Virus record (IMG/VR): IMGVR_UViG_3300042366_001473
Source of the DNA: an uncultured virus (IMG/VR IMGVR_UViG_3300042366_001473)
Taxonomy: Duplodnaviria; Heunggongvirae; Uroviricota; Caudoviricetes
DNA: 64,000 bases
Reading direction: 5' to 3' (one strand)
In this document: piece by piece, positions 55,022 to 63,976 of the stretch
Layout of the letters: each line of letters opens with the position of its first letter
Numbering within the stretch: position 1 is the stretch's first letter
The notes under the pieces: generated by a model
Told to the model about the DNA's origin: nothing
Database searches by the model: none
Seen by the model: the letters and a program-made list of their open reading frames with translations, nothing else
Translations under genes and position numbers: made by a program

Positions 55022-56680
55022 TCATTTGAGCAAAGCCAGTGATTTTATTCTTGCCAATTCGTCGCTCTCGTAGTAGCTGCTGGTAATTGCGGCATTGTAG
55101 TTCATGGGGTCATCATTCTTGCCTTCGTCCATGTCATCTTCTGGTTTGCCATACAAATATGTAACAGTTCCCATTGGGCTTATAACGTGTGTGACATCGT
55201 AGCCTTCGTCGTCAAATTGAGCCAATAGCTTTTTGGCGCCAACAACTTCATATCGGTCAGGCGTATATTCGTGTACTAGTTCGTCACCGTCCATGACTCT
55301 CCAGATGTTGTTGCGCTGATAGTAGTATTTGTCTCTTTCACCGCCTTCTTCCATTGGAGCAACAGCACCAGCCACTGTACCGCCCATGCTTTCGTCCATG
55401 TCACATCCAGCTTCGAACGTGGCCAAATTATCAGCTTCGTTGACTTCGGGCTCGGCCTTGACACCGGGTACTTCCATGCCCATTTCTTTCATTCTGGCAA
55501 TGATCACAGGACGAGCATCAGCATTGGCATCGCGGTCTGCCAGATCACTCAGTCGATCAAACAGTTGATCATCGCCCAGAATGTCGTACAGTTGCTCTTT
55601 TGCATTGGCGGCATCAGGACCAACAGGTAGTTCTTGATTCAACAAACTGTACAGTGTGTCTTTGGCTTCGGGAGTTTCGGGCAGTGCCCAAGTACCTTCG
55701 ACCAAGTTGTTGGCCCAGGATTCAAATTGATCTGCTTCTTTCATGGTGTTTCCTTGTATTTTTGCCAGGGTAGGCAGTGCTGCTTCGATTCTAGTGTCCA
55801 ATGTTTGTTCAATGAACATGGTCTTGAGATCTTCAACCAAAGCTTCTTGGGCGCCAACATCAGCCGGTGTCCAAGATTCAAAATAAGTCTGATAACCGCG
55901 AGCAGTGGATATGTGCTTTAGGTTATTCTGCAGGTTGTGATAGTATTCACGAGCAGCTTCGACCAGTTGTTGTGTTTGACCTTCAAACATTTTGTTGTGG
56001 CTGGCGCGGTTGAAGCGAGCCAACACACTCATTTCTTGTATGGTTTCTGCAATGTGTGTAGCACGTATGTCGTAAGGCTTGCCTCCTTGACGCACATGTT
56101 CCAGCATGGCACGACCACCAACCAATTTGGTAAATGGCAGTCGATATCGCTCTCCATCAGCAGTTTCAATAAACAAACTTTCCACATAGCGATAACGCTT
56201 GTCGTTTTCGCCCAGCAGTCGATTGTGATTGATCACCAGACGAGCCTGTGTGCGTTCGCCCATGTAGCTGACTCGGCGTGTGCCGTAATAGCCTTCAAAC
56301 AAACCTTCTTTGATGGCAGCCATGCCTGCCATGGTGTGCTTGATGGCATTCAAATTTTTGGGTGTAAATGTGTGAAAGTTATGACGTGTAGAAAACTTGC
56401 TCATTTGCTGCAAGAACTGGAACCACTCGTCTTTGTCTTCGGGATCGTCCATGCTTTTGCCCAGGTTGTCTCCAAAGAACAGCATGAGGTCTTGATCGTC
56501 GCCAATCAAGATCACTGCTGTGCCGTAGTTCTTGCCAGAACTGGCAATGTAGTCAAATTTGAATACTGACCCCTCATCAGGAGTGGTTTCTCGTCCTTGT
56601 TCGTCACTGACGTTGGGGTCGAAGTTTTTGCTGACCAGTAGGTCATAAAGGTCTTTGCTGATATTGATGTCTTGTGCCAT
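55022..56680 (-). CDS. Probable head-associated protein with multiple protease-type sites
   Basis: 552 aa downstream of the terminase; IKE, LFE, LVE, VNE, MDE, MEE sites; C-terminal ELARIKSLA. Confidence 0.6.
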   Translation of the reverse strand: MAQDINISKDLYDLLVSKNFDPNVSDEQGRETTPDEGSVFKFDYIASSGKNYGTAVILIGDDQDLMLFFGDNLGKSMDDPEDKDEWFQFLQQMSKFSTRHNFHTFTPKNLNAIKHTMAGMAAIKEGLFEGYYGTRRVSYMGERTQARLVINHNRLLGENDKRYRYVESLFIETADGERYRLPFTKLVGGRAMLEHVRQGGKPYDIRATHIAETIQEMSVLARFNRASHNKMFEGQTQQLVEAAREYYHNLQNNLKHISTARGYQTYFESWTPADVGAQEALVEDLKTMFIEQTLDTRIEAALPTLAKIQGNTMKEADQFESWANNLVEGTWALPETPEAKDTLYSLLNQELPVGPDAANAKEQLYDILGDDQLFDRLSDLADRDANADARPVIIARMKEMGMEVPGVKAEPEVNEADNLATFEAGCDMDESMGGTVAGAVAPMEEGGERDKYYYQRNNIWRVMDGDELVHEYTPDRYEVVGAKKLLAQFDDEGYDVTHVISPMGTVTYLYGKPEDDMDEGKNDDPMNYNAAITSSYYESDELARIKSLALLK

Positions 56681-56690
56681 GGTAGTATAT

Positions 56691-58280
56691 TTAGCGCATC
56701 AATATAAACGGCAACGGCTCTATCATCGTATCAGCAAAATCTCGCATCTGAGTATCTAGCTCACTATGATAACTTTGCAATAATTGCAACATGCGTACTG
56801 CCAATAACGAGCCCATAATTAAGTCATCAGTCTCGCCGGGTTTGGCGGCATAACCAGAGCCGTTAGCCACAAAGGTCTTTAGTTCACTGACTAGTAATCC
56901 ACTGTTAATAGTCATCTTGCCAGTCTCAACTAATGTTTTAAACTTGCTACATGCTGCTAACTTGCTTTTATTGGTAGTATTAAATCCTTTGCGATATCTT
57001 CGGCCACTAGAGTTAACAACAGAATTGTCGCTTAAAAAATATCCAGGAATATTTTCTTCCCCGTAATGTTCAATGGACACAAGAGCAGCTTCTCCTAGGG
57101 TGTTATTTTCTACTGAATAATAAATATTTTTTGAGTCAGTGACCGTTTCGTTAATATGCCGACATATGTCAACCATTATACGAACTTGTTCAGGAACTAT
57201 AGTTTTGTTATGCCGCCACTCGGCTACCTGGATTGTGGTGTTAGCTTCGAAAACCTGAATAGCCGCTGGGTCTCCACCGGTGCCTAAGCTAGGATCTAAT
57301 GCAATTACATAGATTTTATCTTTCTCAGGCTTTTTAAACCAACGAACTTGTCCAGTCTTGTATATAGGATCTGTTCCTGCCAAATCCATTAATTTAAGTG
57401 GGTTAATTAGAGTTTCCTCATCCTGCACAAATTCACAATCCATTTCTCGACGAAAACGTTCTTCGCCCAGCTGTGCTCGTTGTTCTTCTGCCCATGCATC
57501 ATCACGGTCCGGGTGCTCACGCCAAAAAGCACGAAAAGCTCGGAATCCGTTGATGCCCAGTCCGTTGGGCCTTGGGTTACCAAACTCGTCTTCGATTTTG
57601 TTGGCACCTTTCCAGATGTAAGCAAACTGATCTTCGTCTGAGTTGGGAGTTGATGTGATAATGGCTTTACCACCTGTGCTCAATGTGGGTGTAATTGAAG
57701 TCCAAAACTCTTTGGCAATAGTGGGGCGCACGAACGCAAACTCGTCTAGATACAGCAAGGTAATACTCATACCTCGACCAGTGTTTTCAGTTGTTGTTTG
57801 GCTTACAATACGTGACCCGTTGTCAAACTCCAAGCTGCCTTTGTTGTAGCTGGTGGCACCTGCACGAATGTGATTGGGGCACAACTCATAAGCATATCTT
57901 ATACGTTGCATGATTTCCTGTGCGCCCAGGTACTTGTGCGCTGCAATTAGGATAGTAGCGTCGGGTACAAACATAGCGTACCACAACAAGTATCCTGCTG
58001 CACTGGTACTTTTGCCAGTTTGTCGAGGCATCAATGAGATACTAAAACGATTGGTGTGGTAATTTTCAATCAGCTTTTTTTGATAATCAAACGGGTGATA
58101 CAGCATCTTTCCCTTGGTAGGGTGCTGAATATGAAAAAAGTTGTCCATGAAGTACATGGGACCGGTCACAGGATCAGCACAACGAGCAAACTGCTCCAGC
58201 TCAGATTCTGAATAGGTTTCTCTACGGTGCGGTGCTTTGACCAGTATTGCGTCAAGCGTGTTGAGTTTTGGACCAATCAT
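56691..58280 (-). CDS. terL: Terminase large subunit (T4 gp17-like)
   Basis: YQ, PRQTGKS, LYLDEFAF, ITSTPN, nuclease ALDPS, DDLIM. Confidence 0.95.
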   Translation of the reverse strand: MIGPKLNTLDAILVKAPHRRETYSESELEQFARCADPVTGPMYFMDNFFHIQHPTKGKMLYHPFDYQKKLIENYHTNRFSISLMPRQTGKSTSAAGYLLWYAMFVPDATILIAAHKYLGAQEIMQRIRYAYELCPNHIRAGATSYNKGSLEFDNGSRIVSQTTTENTGRGMSITLLYLDEFAFVRPTIAKEFWTSITPTLSTGGKAIITSTPNSDEDQFAYIWKGANKIEDEFGNPRPNGLGINGFRAFRAFWREHPDRDDAWAEEQRAQLGEERFRREMDCEFVQDEETLINPLKLMDLAGTDPIYKTGQVRWFKKPEKDKIYVIALDPSLGTGGDPAAIQVFEANTTIQVAEWRHNKTIVPEQVRIMVDICRHINETVTDSKNIYYSVENNTLGEAALVSIEHYGEENIPGYFLSDNSVVNSSGRRYRKGFNTTNKSKLAACSKFKTLVETGKMTINSGLLVSELKTFVANGSGYAAKPGETDDLIMGSLLAVRMLQLLQSYHSELDTQMRDFADTMIEPLPFILMR

Positions 58281-58373
58281 TTGCTATCCTGGTTGCAATT
58301 CCACAATGCGCCCGATTGTGTCAAGAAAAGTAAGAATTTTATTTTGGTATTGTCCATGTGCACTGTTTTTAAA

Positions 58374-59147
58374 CTACTTTTTATAACCATCTACAAATTT
58401 CTTGGTCAGTATATCGTGTATCTTTGGGCCACCGTGCATATAATCTCTTGCATAACCAATTTCTTCACGGCTCCACCACATATGCTGGTCGGCATCCAAA
58501 ATAGTACATGGAATATTTAAGTCAGCACACAATTGTCGTATCGCCAAAACGTTCTTGCGTTGATTTATCATTGCATTCTCGTCATTCAGAAACCAATGTT
58601 TGAGATAGCGATCGTTTGGATTAAACAACTGGCTTTGACTCTCTGGCATAAACACTTCTGCCATTACTTGACGATCGCCCAGTAGCGGGTCCTGGTTATC
58701 AAGCAACAGTTCGACTCTATGACTTGGCGGTACTAGCATGCACACATAGTCAGGCTTTAGTGCAGGAATCCAGTATTCGGCCAATCGAAAACAACTATCA
58801 GCACTATACCCTCCCCATGACAAGTTGGCGCATTTCATGCCCAATGCAGTGGCAGTTTGTCTGGCCCAGGTTGTTTCGTCGGGCAAACCAATGCCCACAG
58901 TATAACTACAACCCAAGGCAACCATGTATGGGCCGCCATCGAATTCGTCAGCACGGAATCCGTGACTGTTGATCCGGTATGTGATAGCGCCTGGCCGATC
59001 CCATCCCATTTTGGCAAAATAAGCTCGATGGTCTGGATCTTGAATTAGTTTTTCGTAACTTTCTTTGGTGTCAGTGGGCATCCAATCAAGCGTTTCATTG
59101 GCATTATGGCTACCAAAATGAACAGGAGTGTTTTTGAATTGTGTCAT
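58374..59147 (-). CDS. SGNH/GDSL-like hydrolase, accessory gene
   Basis: NSHGFR, ALGCSYTVG, NLSWGG, ARDYMHGG; start MTQFKN. Confidence 0.7.
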   Translation of the reverse strand: MTQFKNTPVHFGSHNANETLDWMPTDTKESYEKLIQDPDHRAYFAKMGWDRPGAITYRINSHGFRADEFDGGPYMVALGCSYTVGIGLPDETTWARQTATALGMKCANLSWGGYSADSCFRLAEYWIPALKPDYVCMLVPPSHRVELLLDNQDPLLGDRQVMAEVFMPESQSQLFNPNDRYLKHWFLNDENAMINQRKNVLAIRQLCADLNIPCTILDADQHMWWSREEIGYARDYMHGGPKIHDILTKKFVDGYKK

Positions 59148-60292
59148 TGTATTTCCTTTGCCAGTGCTGGCCATAAGTCAACAAACTTGTTTGTTTTTTT
59201 CAAAGTGTTTTCTATGTCTACGTGCCATGCTAACGTTTTTGATGATTTAAAATTTTCTTGATACTTGAGGTAGCTATTGTCTTGTAACGTATTACGGTAA
59301 GTTTTCAACACATCAATTGCCAAACCGTTTCTATCGCCATACTTATCTATCACCCGATTGATTTCTCCGACTGCCAAGTCTCGCAATGTTTGAGAATGTC
59401 TCCGTATGTCCAATTCTATCGGATGATTGAGTTCGCACCAGTAAATATTCAAATTTTCACTTGTACAAAAATCATAGTATTCTTCAAGATCTAATGCGCA
59501 ATAGATACTGTACGCAGGATGTGCACTTACCTGCTGCCCATCTTGTTTCATTTGTCGCAAATTTTTTACAAACTGTTCCCAATTTGCTCGATCTCTAACA
59601 TATTCAAACTTTTCTTTGTTGGCATTGTCAAAGCTCACCATCCATTCTACCTTGGGCCATGTTTTAAGAATTTGATAGATAGGATTGGTTGTAATTTCCA
59701 TGCTGAGATTGGTAGTGACCATTACTGATACTGTGGCAGGATTAAGGTAACTTAAAAATACATCAAGTCCTTTTTGCAGCAGTGGCTCTCCACCGCCCAG
59801 GGACAATCCTTGAATGTTATGACCTTGTGTTTTGACCAACTCAATTAAATCGTCGTGTTCGTTTTTGACATAATTGATGGGAATTTTTTTAATGCTTTGC
59901 CAAGCCGTTGACGTGTGATCGTTGCAATACACACAGGTTAAATTGCAAAGATTACTCCAATTGACTACCAACTGCTCCAGCTTAAAAAAATCTATATCAG
60001 CATCAATAGCTGCCAATGTCTCTGGGTTTGTATTTCTCACAGTTCTTCCGCTGGATCCAGTAGTTTCTTCAAGCCTCTTACACCAGGCGCATGCTTTGTG
60101 CCATTCACCACGTGCCATAGTCTGTCTTATGTCTTTAATCGGGTTGTCTTTTAACACTTGTTGAATAGGTATGCGTTTGATATTACCTAATTCATAGCCA
60201 GTGTGAAAACATGGCATTACTAAGCCTGTTTGATCTATGTTGATACTGGTCCAGGGTGCTGGACAAAAAGTAGGGCTTTGTGTTATTTGCAT
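59144..60292 (-). CDS. Radical SAM protein with N-terminal SPASM/twitch-like domain
   Basis: FCPAPW...PCF...CAWC; CNLTCVYC; GGGEPL. Confidence 0.88.
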   Translation of the reverse strand: MQITQSPTFCPAPWTSINIDQTGLVMPCFHTGYELGNIKRIPIQQVLKDNPIKDIRQTMARGEWHKACAWCKRLEETTGSSGRTVRNTNPETLAAIDADIDFFKLEQLVVNWSNLCNLTCVYCNDHTSTAWQSIKKIPINYVKNEHDDLIELVKTQGHNIQGLSLGGGEPLLQKGLDVFLSYLNPATVSVMVTTNLSMEITTNPIYQILKTWPKVEWMVSFDNANKEKFEYVRDRANWEQFVKNLRQMKQDGQQVSAHPAYSIYCALDLEEYYDFCTSENLNIYWCELNHPIELDIRRHSQTLRDLAVGEINRVIDKYGDRNGLAIDVLKTYRNTLQDNSYLKYQENFKSSKTLAWHVDIENTLKKTNKFVDLWPALAKEIQ

Positions 60293-61425
60293 AAACTTGC
60301 TAGTTCAGGCCACAATGTGGCAAACTTTCCTTTTGTGTCTGGGTGATACGTTGATTCAATTTCTTGAATGTGCTTTGCAAATTTACGTTCAATCCCAGGG
60401 TGTGCTGTTTTAACTGTTTGATAATTCTGCAAGGCTTGATCAAAGAACATGCGTTCAGCTGGTGTTGCTATTCCCATGGCGTAAAAACGTTCAATTTCTG
60501 CAATGGCAGCTTGCGCTACTTCTGGACCATGCAAGAACGGATCAAGATAATCGGGTTGAAACAGATTTTGCCACAGCACTGTGGTACCTGTTTTGTCAGC
60601 AAATTCACGCAGTTCGCAAATACGTGTGGCGCTGTAGAGGTTGTACACTGCGTGAATTCCGCCCCACTGACCTTGTGTTTTCATCAAATCTTTGATCACA
60701 GCAAGATTGTTTTTGATTGTGTTCCAGCTTGCACCATGTCGAACATATTCAAGTCTGGGCCCAATGTTATCAAAACTCATTGACCACCCTACTCGGTTAC
60801 GAGCAGCAAGCTTTTGGAATATTTTGTTTTTTTCAAAGTCAACGTTGAGATTGGTAATCAATGTAACAATGGCATCTTTGGGGATGACATCCAGCAGTCG
60901 TTCGTTTTCAGGCAACAACAACGGTTCGCCACCGACCAGCGCAACTTCATGTATGTGATTGTAATGTTGCTCAATAAAATCACAAACTTGATCATAATAG
61001 GGTCTGGCGCCTGACTTGAATGGTATTCCTTTGATGCTGGCCCATTTGCTACTGCATGCTTCGCCGCAATAGTTACAACTCAGATTGCAGGTTGTATTCC
61101 ATCGCACATCAACAATCACAGGATAATGATATTGATCTCCAGCTGTGGCATAATCAAAATCTGGATTGACATCGTTGTGCCATTTACGTTCACTATCGGC
61201 GCCAAAACGTTCAGCACGAACACAGTTAGAGCAATATTCATGAGGTTGCCCCTGTGCTAAGTTTTGGCGTATTTCTGCCATCAAGTTGCTGTTGAGAATT
61301 TCAACAATGCTTTGTTGATTTAGATTTCCCAGCATGTTGGGATTGCCTGCACAGCAGGTTTTGACATCGCCTCGGGGATTGATATGCAGGCCACGCCAGG
61401 GGGCTGCGCAAAAGAAATTGGACAT
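60283..61425 (-). CDS. Radical SAM protein with N-terminal SPASM/twitch-like domain
   Basis: FCAAPW...TCC...CSNC; CNLSCNYC; VGGEPL. Confidence 0.88.
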   Translation of the reverse strand: MSNFFCAAPWRGLHINPRGDVKTCCAGNPNMLGNLNQQSIVEILNSNLMAEIRQNLAQGQPHEYCSNCVRAERFGADSERKWHNDVNPDFDYATAGDQYHYPVIVDVRWNTTCNLSCNYCGEACSSKWASIKGIPFKSGARPYYDQVCDFIEQHYNHIHEVALVGGEPLLLPENERLLDVIPKDAIVTLITNLNVDFEKNKIFQKLAARNRVGWSMSFDNIGPRLEYVRHGASWNTIKNNLAVIKDLMKTQGQWGGIHAVYNLYSATRICELREFADKTGTTVLWQNLFQPDYLDPFLHGPEVAQAAIAEIERFYAMGIATPAERMFFDQALQNYQTVKTAHPGIERKFAKHIQEIESTYHPDTKGKFATLWPELASLCK

Positions 61426-61457
61426 GCAGTATTTACATGCCCAATTTGATTGAGAAA

Positions 61458-61892
61458 TTAATTACACCAGCTTTGTTTGGCGTCACCGTAGTATTCACGA
61501 GCAAACCCATTGGCAATCAGTCCTTGACGCAGGCTACGGCCATCTAGAATGATATCACCCAGCACACGACCACCAAACTTGTCCCAGGCATACAGTGTGA
61601 CTTGTCGTTGTTGACTGGTTGCTATTGCATTTTTGGTAAACTCTGTGGCTGCTAGACCGCGGGCATTTTCTTGCGGACATTGTGCTCTATGTCCTTTTTC
61701 AGGAGTGTCAACACCAAAGATTCGCACAGCCAGTTCAGGCTTGAGCGGAGCAGGCAAGAATGGTGCGGAAATTACCACAGTGTCGCCATCGTTGATGCGC
61801 ACAATTTGTGCGTCATAGGTTGCACCTTTTGGTGTTTTTTGTGCCATGACCAAGCATGGAATCAGTAGTAGAGAGAGTAGTAGTTTTTTCAT
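61458..61892 (-). CDS. Thermonuclease (SNase) family protein with signal peptide
   Basis: MKKLLLSLLLIPCLVMA, DGDT, RIFGVDTPE, DKFGGRVLG. Confidence 0.88.
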   Translation of the reverse strand: MKKLLLSLLLIPCLVMAQKTPKGATYDAQIVRINDGDTVVISAPFLPAPLKPELAVRIFGVDTPEKGHRAQCPQENARGLAATEFTKNAIATSQQRQVTLYAWDKFGGRVLGDIILDGRSLRQGLIANGFAREYYGDAKQSWCN

Positions 61893-61899
61893 ATCGATA

Positions 61900-63366
61900 T
61901 TAAGTGTAGTAAACAATTTCACCAGTTGTGGGATTGTATGCCATTTGGTAGAAGCCTGCAGGTAATCCGCTGGAACCACCGTTGCGCACAGGTTTCACTG
62001 TGAATGTGTTGGCTGTGGTTTGATTTAATGGGCCGCCAGAGGCATTTAGAATAATTGAGTTGTTGGCTTGACTGACGTCACCAGCATTAGATCCAATTGC
62101 TATAGAATATGTACCTTGGCTTGAGTTACCAGCAAAGTTTCCAATGGCTACTGAACTATTACCTTGTGAGGCTATTCCAGCGCCGTATCCGACTGCTACT
62201 GTTCGCTCACCCTGTGCTGAATTACCAGCATACGCTCCTATGGCCACTGCATAAGGACTTTGATTGGAAAATCCAGCTCGTTGCCCCACTGCTACTGATT
62301 GAATACCTTGTGTGGTTAATCCGGCGCTGTCGCCAACCGCTACAGAATAAGCACCTTGTGTGGTTTGCCCGGCTTGCTTACCAACAGCAACTGATTGAGT
62401 GCCTTGTGTGGTTGAGCCAGCACCAACGCCAATGGCCACTGTAACATTGCCTTGTGCAGACAATCCAGCACTAGATCCAATGGCTACTGATTGGATACCT
62501 TGGGCATCCTGGCCAGCATATAATCCAATGGCAACTGATTGAGTACCTTGAGTATTTGCGCCTGCACCGTGGCCAATGGCCACTGCGTCATCACCTTGCA
62601 AAGCAACACCGCCGCCGGCATTTTGTCCAATTGCCACTGCTGTTGATCCTTGGGTGGCGCCAGCATTTTGTCCAATTGCAACACTTTGATTACCTTGATT
62701 GGTCAAACCAGCACCTTGGCCAATGGCCACAGAACTTATGCCTTGACCAGTATAACCAGCATTGTTACCAATGGCCACTGCTGAGACGCTTTGTACTTCG
62801 TTGCCGGCATATTGACCAATGGCCACAGCGTCAGTGCCTTGTGTGGTTTGGCCACTACTGAGTCCAATGGCCACTGATCGAGCACCTTGCAAAGTTGTTG
62901 CAGTAAATGCACCAATAGCCACGCCGTACTGGCCTTGAGCATCAAATCCAGTTGAGACACCAATGGCCACAGCACTCGAGCCTTGGGTGGTGTTGGCCCC
63001 GGAATTTTGTCCAATTGCAATTGCTGCTGAATTTTGGCCTCCCGCACCGGCTGCCTCACCCAGGGCTATGGCAGCATTGGCCTGGCCGTCAAATCCAGCA
63101 TTTTGGCCCAGGGCTATGATAGTGGGTCCTGCGGCACCATCTTTGTTGCTTAACAGTGCCCAGGTTGTTGCACCACCCGGTGTGGCCACTGCTGTTAGGT
63201 CGCCTAGAGCGTTGCCCACATACACAATGCTTGTGGTTTGATCTACTACCAGTTCGCCAGGTCTAGCATTGCCGTTGTAGTTGGCCAATGTCTCTTGAGC
63301 ATTGTCCTTCATTGCGGCACGTGAAATGCCGGTGATGTTGTCGTATGGTGGAGGTGGATTGGCCAT
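61900..63366 (-). CDS. Fibre/adhesin with YadA-head-like repeats
   Basis: About 22 repeats QGxxSVAIGxxAGxxx, mostly 16 aa; N-terminus shared with 63368..63976. Confidence 0.85.
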   Translation of the reverse strand: MANPPPPYDNITGISRAAMKDNAQETLANYNGNARPGELVVDQTTSIVYVGNALGDLTAVATPGGATTWALLSNKDGAAGPTIIALGQNAGFDGQANAAIALGEAAGAGGQNSAAIAIGQNSGANTTQGSSAVAIGVSTGFDAQGQYGVAIGAFTATTLQGARSVAIGLSSGQTTQGTDAVAIGQYAGNEVQSVSAVAIGNNAGYTGQGISSVAIGQGAGLTNQGNQSVAIGQNAGATQGSTAVAIGQNAGGGVALQGDDAVAIGHGAGANTQGTQSVAIGLYAGQDAQGIQSVAIGSSAGLSAQGNVTVAIGVGAGSTTQGTQSVAVGKQAGQTTQGAYSVAVGDSAGLTTQGIQSVAVGQRAGFSNQSPYAVAIGAYAGNSAQGERTVAVGYGAGIASQGNSSVAIGNFAGNSSQGTYSIAIGSNAGDVSQANNSIILNASGGPLNQTTANTFTVKPVRNGGSSGLPAGFYQMAYNPTTGEIVYYT

Positions 63367-63367
63367 G

Positions 63368-63976
63368 TTATGCTATTTGGTAAGTACCCGAGATATCAAA
63401 GTGTGCGCCTGATTGCCAGGCGCCTGTGGCTGGAGTGTTGAATTTCCAAACTAGATCAGTGGTGCTGCCAGAATAGTATAGTTTCATAACTGTGGTGCTG
63501 TCAACGACGTCTGTGATTCCAGCAATATGATACAGGGCAGGAGAACCAGCACCGGCTGTTTGATGCAGACTGCCGCCGGCCAGTCTAAATGTGTTTATTG
63601 CGGGTGTGGGCAGTGTAATCTGATATCCTGTGCTGCCAAAGTTGGTAACCCCTGTAAAATCCACATACACATGTATATACATCAGCGGACCCATACGCAC
63701 ATAGGATGCAGTGGCAGTGCCGCCAGCAAATGTGCCTGATCCGTCAGTGAACTGCGGGTTGAATGTTGTGGTGCTGGTAACACCAGATCCGTATGCAACC
63801 AAATTTAGATTTCCATTGACGTTGCCTACATAGATATCTTGTGTGAGTTGATTGACTACTAATTCGCTGGGGCGAGCAACACCGTTGTAATCGCCAATGG
63901 TTTCTTGTGCGTTGTCTTTCATTACAGCACGGCTTATGCCTGTGATGTTGTCGTATGGTGGAGGTGGATTGGCCAT
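63368..63976 (-). CDS. Fibre/receptor-binding protein paralog
   Basis: Same N-terminal ~60 aa as the 61900 gene; beta-rich C-terminal domain. Confidence 0.75.
   Translation of the reverse strand: MANPPPPYDNITGISRAVMKDNAQETIGDYNGVARPSELVVNQLTQDIYVGNVNGNLNLVAYGSGVTSTTTFNPQFTDGSGTFAGGTATASYVRMGPLMYIHVYVDFTGVTNFGSTGYQITLPTPAINTFRLAGGSLHQTAGAGSPALYHIAGITDVVDSTTVMKLYYSGSTTDLVWKFNTPATGAWQSGAHFDISGTYQIA

Noticed and set aside
7462..56569. Long + strand ORFs such as 7462..8115, 9742..10446, 22999..23553, 46201..46797 and 55937..56569
   Set aside because: They are antisense shadows of well-supported minus-strand genes, with no recognisable motifs.
12533..58280. Inteins, introns or homing endonucleases in nrdA, nrdB, helicase, recA or terL
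   Set aside because: All are of normal length and uninterrupted, with no splice-junction, LAGLIDADG or HNH motifs seen.
58281..58376. TAG readthrough or stop-codon recoding fusing the SGNH gene to the terminase
   Set aside because: It would need two TAG readthroughs. Core genes are intact under code 11, and the shared frame has a 1-in-3 chance.
9435..61979. Extended N-termini in the ORF track (grx 9704, nrdB 10839, MTase 12516, iscU 18540, 20206, cupin 33259, SNase 61979)
   Set aside because: They overlap upstream genes or promoters; downstream ATGs fit family N-termini, SD sites or stop-start coupling better.
61900..63366. Bacterial trimeric autotransporter indicating host DNA
   Set aside because: No signal peptide or C-terminal beta-barrel anchor; it shares a phage-type N-terminal domain with its neighbour.
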